A stretch of 64,000 nucleotides of DNA from contig CAWEMM010000010.1 of NCBI GenBank assembly GCA_963810095.1, positions 224,001-288,000 on the forward strand, in the 5' to 3' direction. A program made the translations under genes and the position numbers. This DNA is from an uncultured Chloroflexia bacterium (GTDB lineage Bacteria; Chloroflexota; Anaerolineae; CG2-30-64-16). Positions 31,563-41,910 of this stretch are shown here, one piece after another. The notes beneath the pieces are model-generated. The model had not been told where the DNA came from. It did not search any database and worked only from the letters and a program-made list of their open reading frames with translations. Every line of letters begins with the position of its first letter. Position 1 is the first letter of the stretch.

Positions 31563-32639
31563 ATGCCCCTTTGTTTCTCCTCGCTTTGGTGCTCGTCTTC
31601 GCCCTCGCCCAGCCGGCCAGCGCCGGCCGCGCGGCTGGCGCGTACCCCCTGCCACCCGCTCAGCCGACACCCCGGCCCGTCCGGAGCTTCCGCCTACGAG
31701 CCGGGAGACCTGCCGCGCCTGCCCGCACTCTTCCCGGCCCGGCAGGCAGCTCCCGTGCGGGAAATGGCACCGCCTTCCATCCACACAACCGAGAACATCC
31801 TGGTCCTCGGCATGGATGCGCGTCCGGGCGGGAAGATGTGGCGCACGGACACGGTCATGATTGCTGCTATCGACGCGCCCAACCGGCAGGTCGGCATCCT
31901 CTCCATTCCGCGTGATCTTTGGGTCGACATTCCAGGCTACGGCGCAGGGCGGATCAATATCGTCGACTTTGTCGGCGAGAGGCGCAGCGGCCCTGGCGGC
32001 GGCCCTGCGCTGATGAATCAGGTCCTCCAGGCTAATCTGGGCATTCAAACCCAACATTGGGTGCGCATCCGCCAGGAAGGTTTGGTCGACCTGGTCGACG
32101 CGATGGACGGCATCACGATCACGCTCGACTGTCCGTTTATTGAGAAGACGCCCGATCCGAAGTCGAAGGGCCAGTACGAATACCTGATGCTGCCCGCCGG
32201 CCCGGTCTTCCTCCAAGGGGAGACGGCAAAGAAGTTCGTCACGTACCGGTACGCGTCGACGGACTTCAACCGGGCCCGGCGCCAGCAGCAGATTATCTGG
32301 GCCATCCGCGGCCGCGCGCTGGAACTCGACCTGATCCCCCGGATCCCTCAACTGTGGACCGCCCTCGCGGACACGTTCGAGACCGACCTGTTGATGGGCG
32401 ACATCGTGCGGCTGGCACTTCTCGGACGTGACCTGCCGCCCGACAACGTGCATGGTCTCGTGCTGTCGCGGAAGGCGCTGCAATCTGCCGCGATCGATGG
32501 AAGCGCGGTGCTGATTATTTCAGACCCCGAAGTGGTGCGCCAGGAGGTGGAGGGGGTGTTTGCGAGCCGGCCTATTGCGGAACTGGGGCGGACGGCGACG
32601 GGGCGCTGCGGGGGCGTGGCGGCCGCGCCCATGCCGTGA
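31563..32639 (+). CDS. LCP (LytR-CpsA-Psr) family protein (N-terminus frameshifted, start approximate)
   Basis: NILVLGMD, RTDTVMI, LSIPRDL, DFNRARRQQ. Confidence 0.9.
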   Translation: MPLCFSSLWCSSSPSPSRPAPAARLARTPCHPLSRHPGPSGASAYEPGDLPRLPALFPARQAAPVREMAPPSIHTTENILVLGMDARPGGKMWRTDTVMIAAIDAPNRQVGILSIPRDLWVDIPGYGAGRINIVDFVGERRSGPGGGPALMNQVLQANLGIQTQHWVRIRQEGLVDLVDAMDGITITLDCPFIEKTPDPKSKGQYEYLMLPAGPVFLQGETAKKFVTYRYASTDFNRARRQQQIIWAIRGRALELDLIPRIPQLWTALADTFETDLLMGDIVRLALLGRDLPPDNVHGLVLSRKALQSAAIDGSAVLIISDPEVVRQEVEGVFASRPIAELGRTATGRCGGVAAAPMP

Positions 32640-32691
32640 CGACCGGGGGATGCGTCTCACTTAGTCCGCGAAGCGCATCCCCCTCAGTGGC

Positions 32692-34176
32692 TTACTTGCC
32701 GGACAGGACCGCTTCGAGCGGCTGGCCGTTGATGAAGTAGCGGACGGCTTGCACCGTGCTGAACTGCAGAGCGGTTTGCTCGAGTTGCGCCTTCACCCTC
32801 GGATTGTCACACACCCCACCCAGTTGCAGTGTCCCGGCCAGCCGGACGGTCCAGGTCGACCCGCTGCGAGTGATGCTCGCAACCCGCAGATTAGACTGAT
32901 AGAGGGCATTGTAGAGCCCTGACTCGCCGTAGTACTGGCTCTTCTGGGCAAGCAGCAGGTTGAGCGCGGCGGTGAGCGGCGCAGCAGTCTTCGGAATGTC
33001 TCGCCGCACCGGGACGACCTGGTCGCCGCAGCCGACACTGCCCCCTTCGAGGCCGATCATGTAGATGTTGACGCTCGTCGTGCCGGCCGCGGGCGGCGGA
33101 TTCGTGCCGCCGCCCGTCGGGATGGTGATCTGCTGCCCGACATAGATCTGATCCGGATTGCCGATCTGTGGGTTAGCCCCCAGGATGGCGGCGATGGTTA
33201 CGCCAAAGCGCGCCGCGATGCTGCGGAGTGTGTCGCCCCGGCGGACGGTGTAGATGGTCGTCGTCAGGGGTTGGGCTGCCGCAGGGCTCGCATCGGCCTC
33301 TGCTGAAACGACCGGTCCGGCTGACTCCTTCGGCTGGGCCGGCTGCGCTTCTGGGGCAGGGGTCTGAACTGCTGCAGAAGCGGGCGCGGGCTCGACCGGC
33401 CGGAGCGTCATGGCGATGGACTCGAAGAAGTCCGCTCCGCCCAGCCCGCTCAGAATGACACGGTTTCCGTTGATGGCCGCAACCAGTTCGTCGATGGTGT
33501 CCCCGTTCGCCGCCTGGATCGTCCAGTGGGTCGCGCGAACGCCGCTCTGCAGGTCCCAGGGTTCCTCGAGGGTGATCTGGCTGCCTGCGCCTTCCGCGGC
33601 CAGTTCCTGGCGCCGGCTCTCGACCGCCGCCTCGGGCGAGGCCGCGCCCCCCTTGGTGACAGTCAGGTCGATCTTGGCCCCGCCCTCGGGCATGCCCTGG
33701 CCGCCCGGTTCCTGGGGAGCCCATGACATAAAGGTCACGCTATAGCTCAGCGAGTTCTGTTTGATGTCGGGCGCAATGTCGACAACGGACCACGCAGCGG
33801 GATAGTCCAGCTCGAAGCCGGCGAATTCGTCGCGGTAGGTGCTGACCGGCGGGATCGGGCCGCCTTCCAGCGGCTTGCCCGTCGTCACGGTCGGTGTGAG
33901 CGGCGCGGCCGCCGTAACCTCCGGCGCCGCCGTGGCTTCCGCGGGCGTCGCGAGGGTGGCCGTCATCGCTACGGTTGGCGTGATGGGCGCGGAGAGGGTC
34001 GGCGTGACGGGCAGCGAACTGGTCGCCGCCTCGACGGGCGCCGGCGACGCGACTGTGGCCGGGACGCCAGCGGTGACGCCTGTCGTAGGCGCGGGCAGGC
34101 TGGGAAGCGGTGCGCACGCGGCCAGCAGTGTGACCAGCATCAGCCCGATGGCGAGGGCAAAACGTCGGGAACTCAT
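32692..34176 (-). CDS. Lipoprotein with Pro/Thr linker, LysM and GerMN-like C-terminal domain
   Basis: Lipobox LAAC; YTVRRGDTLRSIAARFG; GGVCDNPRVKAQLEQTALQF. Confidence 0.85.
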   Translation of the reverse strand: MSSRRFALAIGLMLVTLLAACAPLPSLPAPTTGVTAGVPATVASPAPVEAATSSLPVTPTLSAPITPTVAMTATLATPAEATAAPEVTAAAPLTPTVTTGKPLEGGPIPPVSTYRDEFAGFELDYPAAWSVVDIAPDIKQNSLSYSVTFMSWAPQEPGGQGMPEGGAKIDLTVTKGGAASPEAAVESRRQELAAEGAGSQITLEEPWDLQSGVRATHWTIQAANGDTIDELVAAINGNRVILSGLGGADFFESIAMTLRPVEPAPASAAVQTPAPEAQPAQPKESAGPVVSAEADASPAAAQPLTTTIYTVRRGDTLRSIAARFGVTIAAILGANPQIGNPDQIYVGQQITIPTGGGTNPPPAAGTTSVNIYMIGLEGGSVGCGDQVVPVRRDIPKTAAPLTAALNLLLAQKSQYYGESGLYNALYQSNLRVASITRSGSTWTVRLAGTLQLGGVCDNPRVKAQLEQTALQFSTVQAVRYFINGQPLEAVLSGK

Positions 34177-34338
34177 GGTGCTCCTCCTGTAACGCTTTCA
34201 GTACGCATAATGGAAGCCAGCACGATCAGTACCGCGTGCCAGGCAGCCGCAAGTGCCCGGCACATTCGGCAGCTCCATGAGTTTCAGACGGAGTCGGGTG
34301 CGGGAGGGTTCCTCTCGCTCCCTCGGGGGGCGCAGCCT

Positions 34339-35289
34339 TCAGGCTTCCGAACCCTCCGGCACGGCCTCCTGTGCCTCCAGCCGCTTCGCCCGCAGCAAGG
34401 ACGCGACGATGGCTATCACCAGCAGCCCGACAATGACCCCGAGCGACGCGCCGACCGGCACTTTGAAAAAGCCGCTGACGAGCATCTTGAGGCCGACGAA
34501 ACTCAGGATGACGGCCAGCGCCGGCTTGAGGTAGTGGAACTTGTCGAGCGCCCCGGCTAGCAGGAAGTAGAGCGAGCGCAGGCCGAGGATGGCGAACACA
34601 TTCGACGTGTAAATCAGGAATGGGTTGGTCGTCACGGCGAAGATGGCCGGGATGGAGTCGACCGCAAACACGACGTCAGTGCTCTCGACGATCAGCAGCA
34701 CGATGAACAACGGCGTTGCCGCAAGCGCGCCGTTGATCCGTACGAAGAAGGATTCGCCGTGATAGGTCTTGGTGACGGGGAAGATTTTCGAGAAGAACCG
34801 GACGAGCGGATTGCGCTCGGGGTGGATCTCGGTTTCCTTCTGAACCGCCAGCTTTATGCCGGTGAAGATCAGGAAGGCGCCCATCACGTAGATGAGCCAG
34901 TGGAACTGCTCGAGCAGTGCCGCACCCGCGCCGATGAACAGCCCGCGCATGACCAGGGCGCCCAGCACGCCCCAGAAGAGCACCCGATGCTGGTATTTGG
35001 ACGGCACCGCGAACATGCCGAAGATCAGTGCGAAGACAAACAGGTTGTCGACGCTCAGCGCCTTCTCGATGAGGTATCCGGTGAGGAATTCAAGCGCGGC
35101 CGTCTGGCCCATCCAGAAATAGATGCCGACGTTGAACAGGAGCGCGAGGCTGATCCAGACCGCGGTCCAGATCCCGGCCTCTTTCATGGTGATGGCGTGA
35201 GACTTGCGGTTGAACACGCCAAGGTCGAGGGCCAGCATCGCCAGTACGAAGACGAGGAATCCGGCCCAAACGGTGATCGAGACTTCCAT
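34339..35289 (-). CDS. TerC/Alx family membrane protein
   Basis: EKALSVDNLFVF, QHRVLFWG, DVVFAVDSIPA, SNVFAILGLRSLYF. Confidence 0.95.
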   Translation of the reverse strand: MEVSITVWAGFLVFVLAMLALDLGVFNRKSHAITMKEAGIWTAVWISLALLFNVGIYFWMGQTAALEFLTGYLIEKALSVDNLFVFALIFGMFAVPSKYQHRVLFWGVLGALVMRGLFIGAGAALLEQFHWLIYVMGAFLIFTGIKLAVQKETEIHPERNPLVRFFSKIFPVTKTYHGESFFVRINGALAATPLFIVLLIVESTDVVFAVDSIPAIFAVTTNPFLIYTSNVFAILGLRSLYFLLAGALDKFHYLKPALAVILSFVGLKMLVSGFFKVPVGASLGVIVGLLVIAIVASLLRAKRLEAQEAVPEGSEA

Positions 35290-35339
35290 GGAGCAACCTC
35301 CCTGTGACGAATCGTCGTAAGGGCCGGCTCCTCCAAATA

Positions 35340-35492
35340 AAAAAGGACGAACCCCCACGGCAGCGTGTGTCGTGGTGGTCTCGCCCCTCGCAACCCAGGT
35401 ACTGTGCGATTGGACAGCCGGGATCGCTCGCTTGCAGAGCTAATCCGTACTGACGACTGTCCATCCCGAACGGGTAGGCTACTCCCCAACCA
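35340..35492 (-). ncRNA. yybP-ykoY (Mn2+) riboswitch with U-rich expression platform
   Basis: GGGGAGUAGC...GUCGUCAGUACGG...GGCGAGACC upstream of terC; TATAAT near 35498. Confidence 0.85.
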
Positions 35493-35583
35493 GTTTGATT
35501 ATACAGTCTCTATTCGATGCAACAAAACGGCAACCCGTTACGGATTGTTCCCCGGCTTATCGCGCTGCCAGGTGTCCGGCGGC

Positions 35584-35856
35584 TCAAGCGCGCCCGAACC
35601 TGCGGGCGGATCGCAGCCGGCCCTGTTCAGCCTCGCGTTCGCGGTCCTTGGGTGGCGTGCTGGCCTGCAACGAAGCCAGCAGGCGACCTGAGGCTGCGGC
35701 AATCTCGTCGACGGCCAGGTTGAAGGCTTCCTCGTTCGCCTTCGACGGGCGACTGAAGCCGCTGACTTTCCGCACGTACTGCAGCGCGGCGTTACGGATT
35801 TCCTCGTCGGTCGCGGGCGGCTCGAAGTTGAAAAGCGGCTTGATATTGCGGCACAT
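35584..35856 (-). CDS. DUF2277 family protein
   Basis: MCRNIKPLFNFEPPATDEEI..AALQYVRKVSG. Confidence 0.9.
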   Translation of the reverse strand: MCRNIKPLFNFEPPATDEEIRNAALQYVRKVSGFSRPSKANEEAFNLAVDEIAAASGRLLASLQASTPPKDREREAEQGRLRSARRFGRA

Positions 35857-35941
35857 ACTGGACCCTCGATGCCTGGTTGTCGGGGACGCACGGAGGAACT
35901 CCCCACGCGTCCCCACACGCGCAATGGCCGGCCCGCCCCGG

Positions 35942-36433
35942 CTAGGGCGCCAGCGCCTCGGCAAGGCGGTCCAGCTGGGACCGCCAGCCGGCCTCGGTCA
36001 TGTCGCTGTCCTCGCCCACCGGCAGCCCGGCGTGTTGCAAGGTGAGCAGCGTCTTCCCACCCTGGTCCGCCAGCGTCACCGTGACGAGGGTTTGGGCCGG
36101 GTGATTGGGGCCGAGGCCGTACTGTTCGGGCCTCACCGGGTTGCCCTCGCGATCCGCAAACGAATCGAGGTACACCAACCGTGCGGGGGGCTCGACCTCT
36201 TGGTACGAGCCTTTGCCCCAGTACTCGGCGCCTTCGGGCGAGCGCATGCAGTAGAGGAACTGGCCGCCCGGGCGCAAATCAACCTTCGCGGCTGCCGCTG
36301 TAAAGTGCTCGGGTGCGAACCATTTCTTCAGCCGCTCGGCTTGCGTCCACGCCTGCCAGACAACCTCACGCGGCACGTTGAACACGCGTGAGAGCACGAG
36401 GTCGCGCGTCTCGGGAAGTTGGCCGGCGGTCAT
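35942..36433 (-). CDS. SRPBCC/AHSA1 domain protein
   Basis: SRVFNVPREVVWQAWT, DLRPGG, GW..QLDRL. Confidence 0.9.
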   Translation of the reverse strand: MTAGQLPETRDLVLSRVFNVPREVVWQAWTQAERLKKWFAPEHFTAAAAKVDLRPGGQFLYCMRSPEGAEYWGKGSYQEVEPPARLVYLDSFADREGNPVRPEQYGLGPNHPAQTLVTVTLADQGGKTLLTLQHAGLPVGEDSDMTEAGWRSQLDRLAEALAP

Positions 36434-36954
36434 CGCCCGCCTCCCATTTGCCCGGCGGCAAGATACGCGCCGAGTTGTTCCAGCGTGCCCTTCCAGCCGC
36501 CTTCCATCATGGAGTGACTGGATTTGAAAAGCGCTTCTTCCTGCGGCGTCGCGCGCACCGGGCGACTGCTCAACGTCGCAATCGTCCGGCCGTCGCGTTC
36601 TGCCAGCTGCAGTTCACCCCGCACCTCCAACGGCCACTCCGGCAACATCGGGTGCCGGATCATGCCGCCGCTCGCATCCGAGAACGAGCTCACGAACACC
36701 AGGCGCTGGGGCGGTTCAACTTCTTCGAAGACCCATTTTCCCCACATTTCCCGGCCTTCGGGCGAGCGCATCGCGTAGTGAAAAACGCCGCCCGGGCGCA
36801 GGTCCAACTGGGTGGTGAGCATCGTGTAGCCACGGGGGCCGAACCACTCCGTCAGGCGCTCCGCTTCGGTCCATGCCCGCCACACCTCTTCCCGCGGGAG
36901 CTCGAACGCCTGGGAAATCACAAAATCCGAGTTACTTACCTGCTGCATATCCAT
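36430..36954 (-). CDS. SRPBCC/AHSA1 domain protein
   Basis: PREEVWRAWT..E, WFGP, DLRPGG, GGWKGTLEQL. Confidence 0.9.
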   Translation of the reverse strand: MDMQQVSNSDFVISQAFELPREEVWRAWTEAERLTEWFGPRGYTMLTTQLDLRPGGVFHYAMRSPEGREMWGKWVFEEVEPPQRLVFVSSFSDASGGMIRHPMLPEWPLEVRGELQLAERDGRTIATLSSRPVRATPQEEALFKSSHSMMEGGWKGTLEQLGAYLAAGQMGGGR

Positions 36955-36966
36955 CTGTTTACCCTT

Positions 36967-37415
36967 TCAGCCTAGCCGGCCCTCGTGCAGCATAGCGACC
37001 GACCTGGCAATTCTGCGTTGACGGGTTTCGGGCGTCCTGGCTTCCTCCACGCCCATCACAAAACGCCGCCGGTTGCTGTAGGACAGCCGCTCGAAGAAGC
37101 GGGCAGCCTCCGCATCGGCGGCGATTGCTGCGGCAAAGTCAGGCGGCACAGTCACTTCACGAGACTCCGTGTCGAGCACGACGTCGACCTCCACCTCGTC
37201 GCCGGCCGGACGCCGGCCGCTGCGCGCACCTCCTTCGCCACCGGCAGGTAGAAGTCTTCGCCGTAGGCAGCCACGGTGCTTCGATAGGTGTAGCCGTTCA
37301 GCGTGACGTAAACGGGGGGTCGCTTCCCGGCGTCGAGGGCCCTAACGACCTCCTGCGGCACACGCATCCCAGTCGCAGTCTTTCCGTTCAGCTCGACTAT
37401 CGTCCGAAAGCGCAT
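36967..37415 (-). CDS. DUF1905 plus YdeI/OmpD-associated domain protein (frameshift near 37205)
   Basis: MRFRT..E..GKTATG, YTYRSTV; VPPDF, LSYSNRR, ETRQRR. Confidence 0.85.
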
Positions 37416-37462
37416 CACAATCCCTCCTAAGTACAAACAAAGTGAAACTGCTGGATGCCGGC

Positions 37463-37578
37463 GCTCCTTCGACTTCGCTCCGCCAGCTGCGCTGGCGCTC
37501 GCTCCGCTCAGGATGCGCCTTGTAAGCGCACGCAGGCATCCTGAGCGGAGGCCTCGTCAGGGGCCGCAGTCGAAGGAC
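37463..37578. repeat. Large REP-like inverted repeat
   Basis: TCCTTCGACT...CTCCGCTCAGGATG ... CATCCTGAGCGGAG...AGTCGAAGGA. Confidence 0.7.
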
Positions 37579-37817
37579 GCCGGGACATCGCGCACTTTCT
37601 CCTTGGTTGCACTTAAACCAGTCGCACAATGAGCTCACCCTACAACCAGTTCTTTCCACTTTGCGATTAGTTTAGCCGCCTTGCCTAGCAAGGCGGCGAT
37701 TATAGCCCATGTCAAGCGTTGTTGTCTACCGGCCCGCTCTGCCTCTTAAGGCCGGCAGTTGCCGCCACGCACCTCCCGATGTTATGCTGCGTCATTCCCC
37801 AACGTCTGGAGGCAAGC

Positions 37818-38231
37818 ATGGCAACGGTTTCGCTGGTCGAGTATGAAGACGCATCGCCCGAGGTGCAGGCTGTGTATGACGACATCAAGGCGAATCGCAA
37901 GATCCCTGACGTGAACAACTTCTGGAAGGCGCTTGCCAATCACCCCGCGCTGCTGAAGGAGACGTGGGAGCGCCTGCGGGACACCATGGCGGAAGGCGCA
38001 CTCGACCCCGCGACGAAGGAGATGATCTACCTCGCCGTGTCGATCAGCAACGCGTGTGAGTACTGCATCCACACGCACACGGCATCGGCGTTCAAGAAGG
38101 GGATGACGCAGGCGCAGTACCTGGAGCTCCTGGCGGTCGTCGGGCTGGCTTCGCAAAACAACGCGCTCGCCATGGCATTTCAGGTGCCGGTGGACAGGCA
38201 GTTCCTTAAGGGTGAGGACGAGCGGCGATGA
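37818..38231 (+). CDS. Carboxymuconolactone decarboxylase/AhpD family protein
   Basis: KEMIYLAVS..NACEYCI..H. Confidence 0.9.
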   Translation: MATVSLVEYEDASPEVQAVYDDIKANRKIPDVNNFWKALANHPALLKETWERLRDTMAEGALDPATKEMIYLAVSISNACEYCIHTHTASAFKKGMTQAQYLELLAVVGLASQNNALAMAFQVPVDRQFLKGEDERR

Positions 38232-38728
38232 CGGTCAAGCCGGGCTGGCGGGGCCGCGCATTCGAGGACTTCGAGGTGGGCGACGTTTACGAGCATCCGA
38301 TCGGTCGGACGGTGACGCAGGCCGACAACATCTGGTTCACCCTGCTGACGGTCAACAGCAACCCCATTCACTTTGACGCGGCCTATGCCGCGCGCACCGA
38401 GTGGGGCCGGCCGCTGGTGGATTCCACCTTCACCCTGGCGCTGGTGACCGGACTGTCCGTTACGGACGTGTCACAGAATGCTATCAATCTCGGCTGGGAC
38501 GAAGTGCGGCTGCCCGCGCCCGTGTTCGAAGGCGATACCATTTACGCGGCAAGCGAGGTCCTGGAAGTGCGCGAGTCGCGCTCGAGACCGGGCATGGGCA
38601 TCGTCAAGCTGCGGACAACGGGGATCAACCAGGAGGGGGTGACGGTGATCGCGTTCGTGAGGACAATCATGGTCTACAAGCGCGCTCACTTGCCCGATGG
38701 ATTCCGGCCGCCGCGCCCTACGAGCTAA
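38228..38728 (+). CDS. MaoC-family dehydratase
   Basis: FEDFEVG, RTVTQADN, NPIHFD, PVFEGDT. Confidence 0.9.
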   Translation: MTVKPGWRGRAFEDFEVGDVYEHPIGRTVTQADNIWFTLLTVNSNPIHFDAAYAARTEWGRPLVDSTFTLALVTGLSVTDVSQNAINLGWDEVRLPAPVFEGDTIYAASEVLEVRESRSRPGMGIVKLRTTGINQEGVTVIAFVRTIMVYKRAHLPDGFRPPRPTS

Positions 38729-38744
38729 TGGGGATTTTGTCCGC

Positions 38745-38948
38745 TCATCCCTTGTAAGCCGACGTGCTCTGGCTCGTGCAGGTGAGGATCAGGTCCTCTA
38801 CCATGAGCAACGCATCGTCGAGCGACTCGGCGCGGCCGGCGCAGCGCGGCAGATCCGGACAGGTGATTAAGATCTGTTCTGTCTCGGGCTCGACTTCGAG
38901 CCAGACCTCGTACCCCATCACTTTCAACACCCAGCCCCCGTGGTCCAT
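38745..38948 (-). CDS. Small HicB-like domain protein
   Basis: GGAGGAG RBS; CPDLPRC...ESLDDAL pattern. Confidence 0.55.
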   Translation of the reverse strand: MDHGGWVLKVMGYEVWLEVEPETEQILITCPDLPRCAGRAESLDDALLMVEDLILTCTSQSTSAYKG

Positions 38949-39077
38949 GCTCCTCCTCGATCACGCCTGCTTCGTAACGCCGCAAGAAGAGGCGTAGCCG
39001 CCAGCCCAGGTATTTATCAGAGAATTGGCTGGGGCAGGTCGGAGACCGGCCAGCGCATTTTCGGATAGATTCTGGGC

Positions 39078-40016
39078 TCACCCGAACCGGTACGTGACTC
39101 CCGTCAGCTCTTCTGACACGGTCCAGAGGCGGGCCGCGGTGGCCTTGTCATATGATGCCGCGCTCGACTTGACCTTCTTCGGATAGCCACGTTGACCCAG
39201 CAGGCCATCAGGCCCAATGTATTCGCCCCCGTGCGCCTCGGGCGACGTCGCCGCATAGACGCTTGGAAGCGCGCCCATGGCGGCCGTCTGTGCGAAGACC
39301 CCGTTGGCCAGCCGCATCATCGTTTGCCGCATGCGCGAGTCAACCATGTTGGGTCCGACCGACTGCAAGTTCGTCGACGCATAGCCCGGGTGCACCGCGA
39401 GACTGCTCGCCGCCGCGCCCGCCCCTTCGAACCTGCGCTGGAGTTCGTAGGCAAAGAGCAGGTTGGCGAGCTTGCTCTGCCCGTATGCCCGCCAGTCGCT
39501 ATAGCTGTGCTCGCTCTGCAGGTCATCAAAATTGATCTTGCCGATGATATGAATGCCGCTCGCCACCGTGACGACCCGCGCGCCCGGGGTGCGTTGGAGC
39601 AGGGGCAGCAAGAGCCCCGTCAGGGCGAAGTGGCCCAAGTGATTCGTCCCGAACTGCATCTCAAAGCCGTCGACCGTGCAGCGCTGCGGGATGGCCATGA
39701 CCCCGGCGTTGTTGACGAGCACGTCAAGCCGCCGCTCGCCCCCGCGCACTTCTTCGGCAAAGCGGCCGATGGAGGCGAGGTCCGCCAGGTCCAGCGGCAG
39801 GAGGCTCACCTGCGCCCCGGGCGCAGCGTCGCAGATCAACGCAACCGCCTTGCGTCCCTTTTCGAGGTCTCGCACGCCAAGCAGCAGCCGGGCGCCGCGC
39901 GCCGCCAACAGCTTGCTGGTCTCGAGGCCGAGGCCGCTGTTCGCGCCTGTCACGAGCGCGGTCTTCCCATCCATCCGCGGGATATGCTGGTCAGTCCATT
40001 CCTGGTACGTGGTCAT
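39078..40016 (-). CDS. Short-chain dehydrogenase (retinol-DH-like)
   Basis: TGANSGLG, NNAG, FGTNHLGHF, YGQSK. Confidence 0.95.
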   Translation of the reverse strand: MTTYQEWTDQHIPRMDGKTALVTGANSGLGLETSKLLAARGARLLLGVRDLEKGRKAVALICDAAPGAQVSLLPLDLADLASIGRFAEEVRGGERRLDVLVNNAGVMAIPQRCTVDGFEMQFGTNHLGHFALTGLLLPLLQRTPGARVVTVASGIHIIGKINFDDLQSEHSYSDWRAYGQSKLANLLFAYELQRRFEGAGAAASSLAVHPGYASTNLQSVGPNMVDSRMRQTMMRLANGVFAQTAAMGALPSVYAATSPEAHGGEYIGPDGLLGQRGYPKKVKSSAASYDKATAARLWTVSEELTGVTYRFG

Positions 40017-40248
40017 GCTGTCGTCCCTGGCTCGTCTGGTTGTGGGCGCTTTTGCTGCTGCGCCCGCTCGACGGCGTCGCTGTTGTTCCATCGTCGCTCC
40101 CGCATTATAGCACCGCAGCAACTTCCTTGTGTAGGCTGCGTAATGGTATTGAGTGCGGGTCACACGTCGTCGGGTGGTGCAGCTGGCGGCAGACCGGCCG
40201 TCGACGCCCGAGCACGGCACGGTCCGGATCAACCATCAGGAGGATAAC

Positions 40249-40575
40249 GTGGAAGGGTTTCTGGGGAGAGTCGTGATCAATGCGATCGCGCTGTTTATCA
40301 TCTCGTATTTCAACTGGGGTTTGAAGATCAACAATGTGCTGACGACTTTGGTCGCCGCGGTCGTCCTGGGTTTGCTCAACGCATTCGTCCGGCCGGTGTT
40401 GCAGTTCCTGTCGCTGCCGGTCACGATCCTGACGCTGGGGTTGTTCGCGCTGGTCATCAATGCGTTCATGTTCTGGCTGATGGGCCGGCTGGTTGGCGTG
40501 CCCATGAGCAACTGGATTCTCGCGTGGCTGGCATACAGCATCATCACGTGGATCATCTCGGCCATCGTAAGATAG
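40249..40575 (+). CDS. YvlD/DUF360 membrane protein
   Basis: GLLNAFVRP, LPVTILTLGLF..VINA. Confidence 0.9.
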   Translation: MEGFLGRVVINAIALFIISYFNWGLKINNVLTTLVAAVVLGLLNAFVRPVLQFLSLPVTILTLGLFALVINAFMFWLMGRLVGVPMSNWILAWLAYSIITWIISAIVR

Positions 40576-40600
40576 GGGCGCTGTGGCGAGGTAAGGGCAT

Positions 40601-41020
40601 ATGAAGAGCTACCGTAAGGAACTGTGGATGAACGTCGCAGGCCGGCGCGGCTTCGTCAACATCACCCCGCAAGTGGAGGCCGCCGTGCGCGACAGCGGCG
40701 TGCGCGAGGGGTTGGTGCTTGTCAACGCGATGCACATCACAGCCTCCGTGTACGTGAATGACGACGAGAGCGGCCTCTGGCACGACTACGAAATCTGGCT
40801 CGAGAAACTGGCGCCGCACGAACCGGTCAGTGGGTATTGGCATAACCGGACGGGGGAGGACAATGCCGACGCACACATGAAGCGGCAGGTGATGGGGCGC
40901 GAGGTGGTCGTCGCAATCACGGAGGGCCGGCTGGATTTTGGCCCTTGGGAGCAAATCTTCTACGGCGAGTTCGACGGCGGCCGGCGCAAGCGCGTGTTGG
41001 TGAAGATCATTGGAGAATAG
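40601..41020 (+). CDS. yjbQ: YjbQ/UPF0047 family protein
   Basis: [28 protein letters not shown]. Confidence 0.92.
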   Translation: MKSYRKELWMNVAGRRGFVNITPQVEAAVRDSGVREGLVLVNAMHITASVYVNDDESGLWHDYEIWLEKLAPHEPVSGYWHNRTGEDNADAHMKRQVMGREVVVAITEGRLDFGPWEQIFYGEFDGGRRKRVLVKIIGE

Positions 41021-41086
41021 CGTTCACTGGGACGGACCGTGGGCGCGGTGTGCGAGGGCGGGAACTGCCGTGATCGGGGGGGAGTA

Positions 41087-41767
41087 ATGGCTCGACAGAT
41101 TCGGGTGACGTTGGAAATCGGACCGAAGGGCAAGAAGGTAGTGGCTGTGGCGCCAGACTGGCCCGGCTTTGAGCGCGGAGCCGCGACCGAGGAGACGGCG
41201 ATTGCACGCCTGCTTTCATATGCTCCGCGGTACGCGACCGTGGTGAAGCAGGCCGGGATGGGGGCCGAGTTCGCGAGCCTCGCCAGCGTCAATGTGATAG
41301 AGCGCTATGCCGGCACCGGCTCGACCGACTTCTGGGGTATCTCGTTCGCCTTCTCGAGCATCGACCAGCAGCCCATGTCGGACGAAGCCTTGGAGCGCGA
41401 GCTGGCGCTGATGCGGGCGTGTTGGGCGTTCTTCGACGACGTGCGTGCGCGCGTATCCGCCGAGCTGCGGCCGGGCCCCCGCGGCGGCGGGCGGGACCGG
41501 GACCGCATCGCCCGTCACACGATCGGCACCGAGCTCGATTGGACCAAGAAGCTTGGCATGCCTGCCCGACCCGATGCCACGCTGACCGCCGACGAATTGG
41601 CGGCGCATCGCGCTGCCTACTGCAACGCAATTCGGGAGTTGCACTCACAGAGCAAAATGGCCCGCACCTGGCCGCTCAGGTATCTGATTCGACACACTGC
41701 GTACCACACGCTCGATCACGCATGGGAAATGGAAGACAGAGATCTCGCTGTCCATCCGTCGGTGTAG
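41087..41767 (+). CDS. Uncharacterised protein with HicB-like N-terminus and DinB-like C-terminus
   Basis: DWPG..RG..TEETAI; RHTAYHTLDHAWEMED. Confidence 0.7.
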   Translation: MARQIRVTLEIGPKGKKVVAVAPDWPGFERGAATEETAIARLLSYAPRYATVVKQAGMGAEFASLASVNVIERYAGTGSTDFWGISFAFSSIDQQPMSDEALERELALMRACWAFFDDVRARVSAELRPGPRGGGRDRDRIARHTIGTELDWTKKLGMPARPDATLTADELAAHRAAYCNAIRELHSQSKMARTWPLRYLIRHTAYHTLDHAWEMEDRDLAVHPSV

Positions 41768-41910
41768 ACCTGGTCAGGAGTTAGCGTCTCATGAAGTGGT
41801 GTAAATCCCCAGGTGCTTCCTGCTACAAGTAGCCAGTTCTTTAAGGTTGTGAAGCGTGCGCGCCGTCTTGAGCCGCTTGGCACCCAAAATGAACAGGTTT
41901 GCGCACCCAA

